Assembly (NCBI GenBank): GCA_030596395.1 | Contig: JAUVKF010000008.1 | Location: 188-64,187 of the forward strand | DNA from: Chlorobiota bacterium | GTDB lineage: Bacteria; Bacteroidota; Bacteroidia; Bacteroidales; F082 | DNA: 64,000 nt | Direction of reading: 5' to 3' | Part shown: in pieces, positions 27,642 to 37,802 of the stretch | Layout: the number at the start of each line of letters is the position of its first letter | How positions within the stretch are numbered: position 1 is the stretch's first letter | Position numbers and translations under genes: made by a program | Notes under the pieces: generated by a model | The model's input: the letters and a program-made list of their open reading frames with translations, nothing else | Database searches by the model: none | Told to the model about the DNA's origin: nothing

Positions 27642-30600
27642 TTAATTAACAATCAGCACTTTTTTAGTATAATACGCATCTCCCTGTTTTATTATTACCA
27701 GATAAATACCCTGTGCTAGATTTTGATAATTAAACTCTTTCACAAATCCATTTACTGCCGAAACATTATGCTGCGAATACACCTCAACACCAACAGAATT
27801 GAAAAACTTAATGTTTAATTTTTCTTCGGTTAATGATTTAATAAGGAGCCTGAAATAACCATTATTTGGGTTTGGTATAATACCAATACTGACATTATCA
27901 TTTATTTTTGTTAAACCAACAGTATTATCAATATTTATAACTAATTCATCAGAAAATTCACTCTCACCGCAATAACCAATAGATTGTGCTTTCAGGCTTA
28001 CCTCGCCAAGGAATTCAATATTCCAGTATACTGTGACCACTGTGTCATCTGCAAATAAGTTTCCTGCTTCCGCTGGAGTCAATACCCAATTGTATTCATC
28101 AGCGCCAGGTACTGACAAAATGGAATAATTTGTTTCAGGATCTTTATAAACATCAACAAATTCAGGTCCCTCTGGCATATCAGGAGCGCCAGGAGTATCA
28201 ATGAAAGTCAGCATCATCTCATCAGTTAAGACCTCCCCGTCAATATCATTATTTTCAAGGGTTAAGTAAACAAATCCGTTTAAGAGGTCATCCTCACCAG
28301 ATGTGTAAACTGGCGATAGTATTTCAGGGTTGTTGAAGCTGCCATCACCGGAAGTGCTCCATAAAACCGATTCCTGGTTGCTTGCAAGTCCAAAACACTG
28401 GAATGAACCATCAATGCAGGATTCTGAATCGGGTCCGGCAAAAACAGTGGAATACAACTCTGTAGGTAGTTCAATGTAATCAACCCAGGCGCAATCGTCA
28501 CCTGATTCCCCGCTGCCATCTTTCTTATATGACCATTCAAAAGTGTGGACTCCTGCTGAAACCGGAAAACTCGCCTGCGTCCATCCCTGAGAAGTACCCG
28601 ACCAGCTACCCCTCAATTGACCATCGATATAAAAGTTTAGCTTGTCACTGTCAAGTTCACTGGAAACCTTTTTATAGAAATTAATGTTGTCTTCGTTCAT
28701 TACCCGATAAGTAATAGAAAATGATGAAGTTTGATTGTTTCCGATAGCACCAGACTGTGCGCTAAAGTAACCTTCATATTTATTTTGTGTGCTTATTCCC
28801 CAGGGTAGATTTCCACCGGAGGTCCAATTGTATTTTTCAAAATTACCGGTTTCAAAATCTTCCAGAAAAATACCAATTTTTGGATAATAAATTTTATTAA
28901 TGGAGTATCCTGCCGTGGTTACATAATAATTCATCTGTGCAATTGCCGCCTCCGGTGCATCATCGGCTACAGTTACTGTATAAGTAGGGTATTTGGCTTC
29001 GAAAAAAGTTAAAACAGGAATAACCTGCTCTTGCTCTTCAACAGTAACAAACTGGTTATAAGGAACTAATGTGCAGACAACATTTTCGGCAAAACAATGG
29101 CCCTGGTTAAGCATTTTGATTTTTATATTAGCCGTTTCACCAGGATCAAGACGCCCATTGTCATTTCCAAATTCCGAGTCATCAACAATAAACTCCCTGG
29201 CTTCAACTTTTGGTGCGCGAACAACCATAAAATATTTACTGGTCCAGGTTGAGTCGTTTTCATCTTTTGCAGTTACATCAAATTGAACCCTGTGTTGGTC
29301 AGGTATTCCATCGCTAATGTGAAATTTATAGGCGAGATCACGGTTAACGTAACTTCCTGTATGAATTGTATCAAAATTTTCGGAAGAATCGATAAATTCG
29401 ATAAAATTGTCAGTTGTCGAGATGCTGACATCAACTTTATTTGCATCTTCATTACCCAGGTTTTTCATTATTAAACTCACCAGGATAACTTCATCGAACT
29501 CAGGTTTGTTATTACCATTGCCGCAGGTATCATTCAGCGAATGATCATCGTACATACAATAAGGCCCTTCAGGCGGAATCACCTCAATTTGATTCTCGTA
29601 ACGATAATAGTTTTGTTTGGTAATTACAATATCGATTATTGTACCCGGCTCCTGCGGAGGGATTGCAATCTCAATTTCTGATCCGGATCCTTCTGCTGTT
29701 GCAATAATCTGTCCGTCAATTGATAAACAGATGAAAGCCCCTTCATTTACGGAAATATCAAAAAAATCTAACCCGCTTAGTAGTATTTCATCAAGGTCAA
29801 CAGTTAAATATTGAGGAATTTCGTAATAAACGGTTGAAAAAGCATCGCCATGGTGGTGGAAAAGATTATAAGTAACTTCTTTGTTATTTGTATTAAATGG
29901 CCAGCTTGACTGCTCAAGGAAATATTTCCCGGCTGCGTTTCCGAATGCAGGAAGCACATCCCTTGATTCGGGTTCCGTTTCGAATTGGGGCATGAAATCA
30001 GGCCATAAATTATCATATAAACCCCAAACATAGGTATCGTTAACAAATGAATATGATACTTCACTTGCGGCAATTATACCCAAAGCGCCATACTCATGAC
30101 GATGAAATTTTTCTGCAAAACATTCGCCACCTTCATTAAACTTACCTGTGAGACAATTTACTGAGAACACAAATGTCAGGTCTTCGTTGTTGAGACCATT
30201 AATGTCAGCAGAGCTGTAAGCCGGTTCACCCCAGCCATTGGTGCTACCATGGTCGCGGTGTTGTAACACAAAAGCACCACTGTTAATATCATCATTAATA
30301 CGGCTGGCGTTGCCACCCCAATCATTAAGATAATTCGGAGTGTTGGGAATGTACTCTAATCCGTCTTCTCCAAAAACATCTAAAATGGTATTTGTATTGG
30401 TAGCTGTTGACCAAACTCCTCCGCCAGGATTACCGCTGTAGATAGCGTTTTCCCGAACCGGAGATTTTCCTAATTCATGTTCGAAAAATCCTGCAATTAT
30501 TTCAGAACACAACTGGAACCAGCGTTCAGTTTGCCAGCCCATTGCGGTAATTGGATTTGCATAAAAGTCAGGGTTTGTAGGTGGTGTGCGCTCATAATCA

Positions 30601-31715
30601 AGGAATTTCATCACCATAGTTTCAAGGTGACCTTCATTCTGTGCGGTCATCCTTGCGAAAATGATATCCGGAAGGTGATCATTATCAACGTCAGCATAAA
30701 TATTGTCCGAAACGCAATAATTATTGTAAACAGGTGAAACAACTGTATTACCTGATGTTCCATGATCTGCCATAAGCAGAACGGCAACAGGCGGGATTGT
30801 CCAATTGTAATAAGCGTCATCTATATATGCTTCAATAGCAGAAGTTGTATTGCCGCCGATATCTGTTGTTGACACAACCATTGTTGAAATACCTTGTCGC
30901 ACTCTGAATTTTTTAATCGAATCAGCCCATGATTTAAAAGCATTATCATCTGGTGTAATAATCAAGTATTCGCATTCTGTTTCAGCCCTTGTATTTATTT
31001 TTTGGTAATCTTTTTCAGGAATGGATGCATCATTAAGTACCATGTCTTTTACTATAGGATCCCACCACCTGCTTCTAAGCCTGTCTTCGCCAAATTGTCC
31101 ATTTCCTCCTTCGAATACGACTTCAATTTCAATATCGCGATGTATCAGAAGGTCTTTTGTAACAGGATTATATTGAAAAGGGCTGATACCAAGTAAAACT
31201 ACATCTACTCCCCTAATTTTTTTTAAGTCGGAAATGACGGTAATATTTTCAGGATACAAAGCATTTTTTGAATAAATGGCATTGTTTTTTTCATAATGCA
31301 ATGGACCCTGGTCAGTATCCAATGGGATGATTGGAGCTGGCGCGATTGTCATGTCTTTTTGTATATCTGTTCGTTTTTTTAGAACGCTCACCTTAACCGT
31401 AGCACCCTGCGGAATGGCGACATACTGGCTGTAAATTGGCAAATCGGGTGCACCTTCGTCTCCCTGAAGCAAGACATCTTTTAATTTTACAGATTGCATT
31501 ACTTCCCTTTCAATTGTTTTATCAACAAGCTGAAACTGGTTCAAGGAAATATTGATACGTAAACCCTGTTGGTCTTCAGAAAGTACTTTGACGCCTTGTT
31601 CAGCCCAACTATCGTTATAGCTGAATGACTGGTTTTGTGCGAATAATAACTGGGATTGTGCTACGATAAGAATACTCCAAAGCACATGAATTGAATAACG
31701 GTAAATTGATTGCAT
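27642..31715 (-). CDS. C25 (gingipain-like) cysteine peptidase, multidomain, with T9SS C-terminal sorting domain
   Basis: 1357 aa. Signal peptide, N-terminal propeptide-like region, catalytic His/Cys context QHRDHGSTNGWGEP ... FVFSVNCLTGKF, several Ig/CARDB-like repeats. C-terminal IGIIPNPNNGYF...GIYLVII...KVLIVN sorting domain. Confidence 0.8.
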   Translation of the reverse strand: MQSIYRYSIHVLWSILIVAQSQLLFAQNQSFSYNDSWAEQGVKVLSEDQQGLRINISLNQFQLVDKTIEREVMQSVKLKDVLLQGDEGAPDLPIYSQYVAIPQGATVKVSVLKKRTDIQKDMTIAPAPIIPLDTDQGPLHYEKNNAIYSKNALYPENITVISDLKKIRGVDVVLLGISPFQYNPVTKDLLIHRDIEIEVVFEGGNGQFGEDRLRSRWWDPIVKDMVLNDASIPEKDYQKINTRAETECEYLIITPDDNAFKSWADSIKKFRVRQGISTMVVSTTDIGGNTTSAIEAYIDDAYYNWTIPPVAVLLMADHGTSGNTVVSPVYNNYCVSDNIYADVDNDHLPDIIFARMTAQNEGHLETMVMKFLDYERTPPTNPDFYANPITAMGWQTERWFQLCSEIIAGFFEHELGKSPVRENAIYSGNPGGGVWSTATNTNTILDVFGEDGLEYIPNTPNYLNDWGGNASRINDDINSGAFVLQHRDHGSTNGWGEPAYSSADINGLNNEDLTFVFSVNCLTGKFNEGGECFAEKFHRHEYGALGIIAASEVSYSFVNDTYVWGLYDNLWPDFMPQFETEPESRDVLPAFGNAAGKYFLEQSSWPFNTNNKEVTYNLFHHHGDAFSTVYYEIPQYLTVDLDEILLSGLDFFDISVNEGAFICLSIDGQIIATAEGSGSEIEIAIPPQEPGTIIDIVITKQNYYRYENQIEVIPPEGPYCMYDDHSLNDTCGNGNNKPEFDEVILVSLIMKNLGNEDANKVDVSISTTDNFIEFIDSSENFDTIHTGSYVNRDLAYKFHISDGIPDQHRVQFDVTAKDENDSTWTSKYFMVVRAPKVEAREFIVDDSEFGNDNGRLDPGETANIKIKMLNQGHCFAENVVCTLVPYNQFVTVEEQEQVIPVLTFFEAKYPTYTVTVADDAPEAAIAQMNYYVTTAGYSINKIYYPKIGIFLEDFETGNFEKYNWTSGGNLPWGISTQNKYEGYFSAQSGAIGNNQTSSFSITYRVMNEDNINFYKKVSSELDSDKLNFYIDGQLRGSWSGTSQGWTQASFPVSAGVHTFEWSYKKDGSGESGDDCAWVDYIELPTELYSTVFAGPDSESCIDGSFQCFGLASNQESVLWSTSGDGSFNNPEILSPVYTSGEDDLLNGFVYLTLENNDIDGEVLTDEMMLTFIDTPGAPDMPEGPEFVDVYKDPETNYSILSVPGADEYNWVLTPAEAGNLFADDTVVTVYWNIEFLGEVSLKAQSIGYCGESEFSDELVINIDNTVGLTKINDNVSIGIIPNPNNGYFRLLIKSLTEEKLNIKFFNSVGVEVYSQHNVSAVNGFVKEFNYQNLAQGIYLVIIKQGDAYYTKKVLIVN

Positions 31716-31850
31716 TTTACTTTATCTTTTAACTACGAAAATTTAATGGCACAAAAATATTGTATTTATCATTAAAAACCATTCTAAATTAGGTGGTTAC
31801 AGACTTGTAAATGATTGAGTTCTAAAATTACACAACAGTTTAAATTTGGC

Positions 31851-31858
31851 TAATTTTG
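31851..31858 (+). promoter_or_regulatory. Bacteroidota -7 promoter box (TAnnTTTG) upstream of lipA
   Basis: TAATTTTG, 18 nt upstream of the lipA ATG. A second box, TAAATTTG, lies at 31841-31848. Confidence 0.3.
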
Positions 31859-31875
31859 TAGCCTGATTATCAATC

Positions 31876-32742
31876 ATGACCGAAAAACATACACAAACAA
31901 TATTAAGAAAACCTGATTGGCTGAAGATCAAAATCCCATCCGGAAAGCAATACATAGACATTAAGGAGATTGTTGAACAACATAATTTAAATACTATTTG
32001 TACCAGCGGTCATTGCCCCAACATGAATGAATGCTGGGGCAGGGGAACTGCCACACTAATGATATTAGGCGATATCTGTACACGTGCCTGTGGGTTTTGC
32101 AATGTTAAAACAGGACGCCCTTTGCCGGCAGACCTGGAAGAACCAAAAAGAGTGGCTGAGTCAGTCAGGCTAATGAAGCTAAAACATTGCGTGCTTACTT
32201 CGGTTGACCGGGATGACCTCAATGACGGAGGTGCTGCAATATGGGCATTAACCGTACAAGAGATTAAAAAATTAAGTCCTGAAACAACTATTGAAACCTT
32301 AATACCTGATTTTGATGGGAAAGAAAAATTGGTAAAACTGGCATCAAATGCCGGGCAGGATGTTGTTTCGCATAATCTGGAAACCGTCAGGCGCATTACT
32401 CCATGGGCAAGGAGCAGGGCCAAATATGATGTCAGCTTAAAAACTCTTGAAATCATTTCTCAACTGGATGTGGTACCAAAGTCGGGGATTATGGTTGGCC
32501 TCGGTGAAACACCTGATGAGGTCGTAGAAACCATGAATGATTTACGCAAGGTGGGTGTTGAGGTAATCACGATAGGCCAATACTTACAGCCCACAAAAAA
32601 ACACCTGGAAGTAAAAGAATTCATTACTCCAGAACAATTTGATGAGTATAAGCGAATTGGTTTAGATAAAGGTTTTAGACATGTTGAAAGCAGCCCGTTG
32701 GTCAGGTCATCGTACCGGGCTGAAAGGCATGTTAAAAGATAG
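31876..32742 (+). CDS. lipA: Lipoyl synthase
   Basis: Radical-SAM CTRACGFC cluster motif plus the N-terminal auxiliary-cluster cysteines CTSGHCPNMNECW. 288 aa. Confidence 0.93.
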   Translation: MTEKHTQTILRKPDWLKIKIPSGKQYIDIKEIVEQHNLNTICTSGHCPNMNECWGRGTATLMILGDICTRACGFCNVKTGRPLPADLEEPKRVAESVRLMKLKHCVLTSVDRDDLNDGGAAIWALTVQEIKKLSPETTIETLIPDFDGKEKLVKLASNAGQDVVSHNLETVRRITPWARSRAKYDVSLKTLEIISQLDVVPKSGIMVGLGETPDEVVETMNDLRKVGVEVITIGQYLQPTKKHLEVKEFITPEQFDEYKRIGLDKGFRHVESSPLVRSSYRAERHVKR

Positions 32743-32748
32743 CTTACC

Positions 32749-33450
32749 ATGATCAATCAAACTGTTGAATTCCAAAACCTGGGGCTGATCGATTATAAAA
32801 ATGCCTGGGATTACCAGGAAGAACTTTTCCAGAAGGTCGTATCGGTTAAACAGGAAAACAGAAAGTCGAAGATTAACCAGGCCTCACCCAATTTTCTTTT
32901 ATTCTGCGAACATCCCCATGTTTACACCTTGGGTAAAAGTGGGAAAGAGTCAAATTTGCTTATTAATGAAGAATTCCTGAAAAGAAAAGGAGCCAGCCTT
33001 TATAAAATCAATCGCGGAGGAGATATTACCTATCATGGACCCGGGCAGGTGGTAGGTTATCCGATTCTTGACCTCGATAATTTTGGTCTTTCCATCAAAA
33101 GTTACATCCACAACCTTGAAGAAGTAATTATCCAAACGCTGAAGCATTTTGGGATAGATTCTTCCAGGTCGGAAGGGGCAACCGGTGTGTGGCTTGATGC
33201 AAGTGATGCCATAAAAGCCCGGAAAATATGTGCAATGGGAGTCAGGACCAGCCATTGGGTAAGCATGCACGGATTTGCATTGAACGTGAATACAGACCTT
33301 TCCTACTTTGATTATATTGTTCCGTGCGGAATACAGGGAAAAAGTGTTACATCAATAGCTAAAGAGCTTGGTAAAACAATATTAGTTGAAGAGGTTTACC
33401 AGGTATTACAAAATGGGTTTTCCAATGTTTTTGGAATGAAAATCAAATAA
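32749..33450 (+). CDS. lipB: Octanoyltransferase (lipoyl(octanoyl) transferase)
   Basis: RGGDITYHGPGQVVGYPI and KICAMGV...HGFALNV motifs. Directly follows lipA. Confidence 0.9.
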   Translation: MINQTVEFQNLGLIDYKNAWDYQEELFQKVVSVKQENRKSKINQASPNFLLFCEHPHVYTLGKSGKESNLLINEEFLKRKGASLYKINRGGDITYHGPGQVVGYPILDLDNFGLSIKSYIHNLEEVIIQTLKHFGIDSSRSEGATGVWLDASDAIKARKICAMGVRTSHWVSMHGFALNVNTDLSYFDYIVPCGIQGKSVTSIAKELGKTILVEEVYQVLQNGFSNVFGMKIK

Positions 33451-34165
33451 TTGTCTTCAATACATCCACCGATTTCATCTTTCCAAATCCTGGCAAATGC
33501 AATTGATAGTAAGTGATCAGGTTATCGAGAAGGTAGCGCCTTTCGTCAGTATTTAATTTGATCGAATTACTGTTCTCAAAAGTGCAGGTGCTAAGTTCAA
33601 TCAGCTGACCAACAGTATTTCCACTGATACATTGTGGATGAGATGGTTGATTCAGGCAAAACCGCCCTTCCTGCATATCAAAAAATATTGCTTTTTCCGT
33701 TGCCTCATATTTCGGATAAAATCCAAGAAAACGGCTTAATTGGATCATAAAAACCAGGTGGTAATTAAGGATGTTTTTATCGCTCAGATCAAACCAGGTT
33801 AATGCATTGTACATCCATTGGAACAAGGGTTTGTCAGGAACTTCCATGCGCATTGTTTTGTAAAGTAACTCGGCTAAAAAAAACAGGATCGACCGTTTGT
33901 TGATATCAACAGAGAAACTTTGATAATGGTACTCAACCCGGGGTTCTTTTAAATAATGGAGGGTTTTATTTTCCTTGTGATAGGCTACAAATTCTATCAA
34001 AGTTAGGGGCTGAAAAATGGCAATTTTGGTTTTTGATTTCCTGGCATGCAATCCTTTAACGATATAAGATTGCAATCCAAAATTTTCTGTAAATATTTTA
34101 ACAATTATGCTGGACTCGGAATAGGGATAATATCGAAGGACTATGCCTCGTGTTGACAGTGTCAT
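33443..34165 (-). CDS. recO: DNA repair protein RecO
   Basis: 240 aa. N-terminal OB-fold region GIVLRYYPYSESSIIVKIFTENFGLQSYIVKG is typical of RecO. Convergent 8-nt overlap with lipB. Confidence 0.8.
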   Translation of the reverse strand: MTLSTRGIVLRYYPYSESSIIVKIFTENFGLQSYIVKGLHARKSKTKIAIFQPLTLIEFVAYHKENKTLHYLKEPRVEYHYQSFSVDINKRSILFFLAELLYKTMRMEVPDKPLFQWMYNALTWFDLSDKNILNYHLVFMIQLSRFLGFYPKYEATEKAIFFDMQEGRFCLNQPSHPQCISGNTVGQLIELSTCTFENSNSIKLNTDERRYLLDNLITYYQLHLPGFGKMKSVDVLKTII

Positions 34166-34166
34166 C

Positions 34167-36509
34167 TTATCTGATCACAAGTATCTTGGTAACCAGTTTT
34201 TCAGAACCATCCTCATTGGATACAAAAACTAGGTAGACACCGGTTGCAGCCCGGCGGCCATCAAAATTATAACCGTCCCAGATGGCTTGCGCACCTTCTG
34301 ATTTTGTTTCGTATGCAAGGTTCCCATAAGTATCGGTAATTTTTACCGTTGAATTGACAGGAACCCCTTTTATAGCAATTACACCGTTATAATTTTCCCT
34401 GACAGGATTTGGATAAGCATATACCGGTGAGCCCGGAGGTGGCGGAGGAATGGATGTGCTTTTGTAAGAGATTATGCCATTGGCTGTTCCAATAAAAACT
34501 TCTCCATCGCTATCAATAGTAATACCCGAAATATTGTTTGACAACAAAGGACTGTTAGAGGTTGTAAAATGAGCCAGTTGTTCAATACCGTCATCTGATA
34601 AATAAAAAATACCGGCACGCTCGGTTCCAATCCATTTTCGGTTTGCCCCATCAATTGCAATAGCCGTAACAACTTCAGTTTCAAGCAATATGTCGGCCAG
34701 TCCTGATCCGTCATTTCGGGGAACAAGTATTTGTTGTGCGTCGAAATTAGCTCCCTGTTCAAATATTCGGTCAGGGGAATAAAATACACTTATCCCTTTG
34801 TCAGATCCAACCCATACCTCCCCATCAAGGTCGGTTGCAAAAGAATGCACCTTGCTTCCGGGTATAGCGCCATTTCCAGATGCAGAACTTAAAACTCTTA
34901 CCTGATCGTCGGTAGAATCGTCTATTGTATTTCCATCGTTGTAAACAATGACATAGCCATCGGTACGTTTAATCATCCATTTTTGGTTGAAACCATCAAC
35001 CATCAAAAACCCAACATCAATGCCACTTAAAGATCCTCCCAGACTGTATGATTGCCACTGGCCGTTATTTTTTAATACAGATAAGATATTGGGAGCTCCG
35101 GTGTTGGCCACCCAGAGGTTGTTTTGACTGTCAAAATCTAATCCGCTTACGTTAATGAGGCTCGGGTCTGCAATCCACGGCTGAAGCGTGCTGTTTTCAT
35201 GATTAAACAGACCACTGAATTCATTGTTCTCGAATTTCAATATTCCTTCCTGGAATGTTGCAACATAAACAATATTTGGGTTTATAGGATCAACCTTGAC
35301 ATCCACCATATCCGAAACAGTATCAAAAACTTCAGTATTTGAGCTGTTGTGTGATTGCCATACTCCTTCAACAAATGAAAACACACCGTCTGTAAGATAA
35401 AGTTTTGCCCAGTTTGCCTGTCTGCCACCAGGCGCAACCCAAACGTTTTTTCCTTCAGCATCCAGAGCGAATACATTTTTTGTTTTTGGACCATTGGGCT
35501 TAATAAATTCTCCGTACCAGTTGTCCCAATTTTTAATTAAGCCTTTGTTTTTATCTCCAATCCACAGGTATTTATCACCTCCTTTATCGATGGCTAACGG
35601 ACGAAACGTTTGACCATCAATTTGCCATATTTTATTTGTTTCAACACCCATTTCATCAAAAACGCCTATATAATACCTATTTACAATATACATCTTATCA
35701 CCATTGATCAGTGATTGAAAGTGCCTTTGATTATTTTCTTTTAGAAAATAATCCCAGTTAATTCCATCGAATACAAATAAGGTGTCCCCATCAAAATTGC
35801 CAGTATAGAAATTTGCATATATTTTTCCAGCATAATTCTGGACAAAGTTATAGACAAGGTTTGGATGGATTAAGCGGTTATCTTTTGTCCACTGATTGTA
35901 ATCAGCAAGATTATTGGCATTAACATCTGCATAGTAAATACCACTTTCTGTCGAAGCAAAAAATGAAGTGTCATTAAAAGTCATGCATAAAACATCAATT
36001 GCATTTCCGTCAGGACCAATGTAATAAGTGTCGCGAATTTCTTCCCTCGCCATATCAAGCACTACAATGCCAAAACCACAGGATAAGTAAGCATATTCAT
36101 CTTTGAATAAAATATTATTGATGGTTTTGTTACCAAGAATGTCTTTGTCTTTAATATCTGGGATATTGCTAATTTGTCCGTTAGCATGTATGATATCTAT
36201 ATTGGTGTTGGAATAAGCTACTAAAACTGCATTCCTGTTGGCATTATAACCAATCTTGCTAATCCCCACATCACTTAATCCTTTTACCTTGTCAAACCTT
36301 GCCACATGGTTGTCGTTTGTGTTATAGGTAAACAGGCTGAATTCGGTTGCAGCAAAAACAATATCCCCCGCCACAGCTACGTCAATTACTTTATCATAAG
36401 GTAAATGAGTTCGCCACTCTCCTATTCCAATGTCGCCATTATCAGCATGCAATTGAAAAAATAAAAGCAAAATAAAAAACGTAAAAGCTATATTGAATTT
36501 TCCGGTCAT
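34167..36509 (-). CDS. Secreted double beta-propeller protein with T9SS sorting domain (PorZ-like)
   Basis: 780 aa, signal peptide, long beta-propeller-type repeats. C-terminal sorting domain YAYPNPV...GVYLVFV...KILVIR. Size and architecture match my memory of PorZ, but this was not searched. Confidence 0.5.
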   Translation of the reverse strand: MTGKFNIAFTFFILLLFFQLHADNGDIGIGEWRTHLPYDKVIDVAVAGDIVFAATEFSLFTYNTNDNHVARFDKVKGLSDVGISKIGYNANRNAVLVAYSNTNIDIIHANGQISNIPDIKDKDILGNKTINNILFKDEYAYLSCGFGIVVLDMAREEIRDTYYIGPDGNAIDVLCMTFNDTSFFASTESGIYYADVNANNLADYNQWTKDNRLIHPNLVYNFVQNYAGKIYANFYTGNFDGDTLFVFDGINWDYFLKENNQRHFQSLINGDKMYIVNRYYIGVFDEMGVETNKIWQIDGQTFRPLAIDKGGDKYLWIGDKNKGLIKNWDNWYGEFIKPNGPKTKNVFALDAEGKNVWVAPGGRQANWAKLYLTDGVFSFVEGVWQSHNSSNTEVFDTVSDMVDVKVDPINPNIVYVATFQEGILKFENNEFSGLFNHENSTLQPWIADPSLINVSGLDFDSQNNLWVANTGAPNILSVLKNNGQWQSYSLGGSLSGIDVGFLMVDGFNQKWMIKRTDGYVIVYNDGNTIDDSTDDQVRVLSSASGNGAIPGSKVHSFATDLDGEVWVGSDKGISVFYSPDRIFEQGANFDAQQILVPRNDGSGLADILLETEVVTAIAIDGANRKWIGTERAGIFYLSDDGIEQLAHFTTSNSPLLSNNISGITIDSDGEVFIGTANGIISYKSTSIPPPPPGSPVYAYPNPVRENYNGVIAIKGVPVNSTVKITDTYGNLAYETKSEGAQAIWDGYNFDGRRAATGVYLVFVSNEDGSEKLVTKILVIR

Positions 36510-36686
36510 CTCGTTGTTTTTGATTTCTTAATTAACTGAAAATTAAAGAAATTATTGCTGTAATTATATGTGCTAATCCGTACTGGCAAAAATAAATCTT
36601 TTAAAATGAAAATCTCACCACATATTCATAAATGAAATGAGCAAACAAAGGGTATTATCAAAACCAGATACAACAATGTCTTCCTG

Positions 36687-37724
36687 TCAGGACAGTTTGA
36701 TCTTTCTAATCAATGCATCCTTTTTTGTCCATAACCACACTCCTCCTGAGGTTGCCCCAAGGATACTAACAAACCACAAAATTATGGCCATTAGATCCTG
36801 TGTTTTGTAAAGGGCTGTTGCAATGTTTCCGATGATTAGCCATTGAATAACATATGCTGCTGTAACATTTTTGCCGAACCATTCAATATAGTTAAGTATT
36901 GTATTTGAATATTTTCCTGTTAAATAATAAGCCATTGCTGACCATGCAATTAAAAAGAAAGTTGTGTAAATGAAAAACACATAATTATGATGGTAATACA
37001 ATTCAAGATCGGTAGATATTTTGGATCCATAGTCAATGAATAAAATGACAACAATTAGATAGATTACGAAAATGTAAATAATGTTCTTTTGAATGAAGTA
37101 ACTGAGATTTTGTTCTAGTTTGTAAAAAACAAAACCGGTTAATGGATAGGCAAACCAGGGAATAAATGGAAAATATGACCACCAGGTTCCTTCCCCATAA
37201 ATAAAAGCCAGCAAATAGTTTTCTGAATAGCTATCAAGCCTGTTCTTAAAAACAAATTGAATAATAAAAATTAAAACAAGGACAACAGAGTAAAAAAGCA
37301 ACTGATAAGACCGGATCAATTTAAGCAGCGACAGGCCAATAATACTCAAGCCGGCGAGAAACAAAATATCAACACCAAAAATATAGGGTAACGGATAAAC
37401 ATCAATGATGCCTGTAGCAATATTAATCAATAAATGAAGGTTCAGGCCTATGTTTAATGCAAAGCCAAGCAGAATAATTTTCAAACCACGAATGATTGAC
37501 TGCGCAAAGGTTTTCTTAGACTTCGCCACATAATAACCCATAACCAACATAAAAACCGGCGCAGCAGGTATGCCCCCCAGGAATAATGAAATCTTACCGA
37601 CAATGCTGTCATGAATATCCTGATGGGCAAACAGTTCCATCAAATGTACCTGGATCATCAGGATAACAGCAACACCTTTCAACAGGTCAGCGGTACGATT
37701 TCGGGGAAATGATATGGCAGTCAT
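36687..37724 (-). CDS. DUF1624 / heparan-alpha-glucosaminide N-acetyltransferase-like polytopic membrane protein
   Basis: 345 aa, about 10 TM helices. N-terminal R..DLLKGVAVILMIQVHLMELF motif is typical of this acyltransferase-like family. Confidence 0.55.
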   Translation of the reverse strand: MTAISFPRNRTADLLKGVAVILMIQVHLMELFAHQDIHDSIVGKISLFLGGIPAAPVFMLVMGYYVAKSKKTFAQSIIRGLKIILLGFALNIGLNLHLLINIATGIIDVYPLPYIFGVDILFLAGLSIIGLSLLKLIRSYQLLFYSVVLVLIFIIQFVFKNRLDSYSENYLLAFIYGEGTWWSYFPFIPWFAYPLTGFVFYKLEQNLSYFIQKNIIYIFVIYLIVVILFIDYGSKISTDLELYYHHNYVFFIYTTFFLIAWSAMAYYLTGKYSNTILNYIEWFGKNVTAAYVIQWLIIGNIATALYKTQDLMAIILWFVSILGATSGGVWLWTKKDALIRKIKLS

Positions 37725-37802
37725 ACTATGATAAAATTAGACTATTTAATAAAACTAAAAAGCCGGACATCTCTGCCCGGCCTGGATTGTATTAATTTTT
37801 CA

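Noticed and set aside
32010-32756. Two minus-strand ORFs (148 and 98 aa) antisense to lipA
   Set aside because: Antisense shadow ORFs within a conserved radical-SAM gene, with Ser/Thr/Pro-rich translations.
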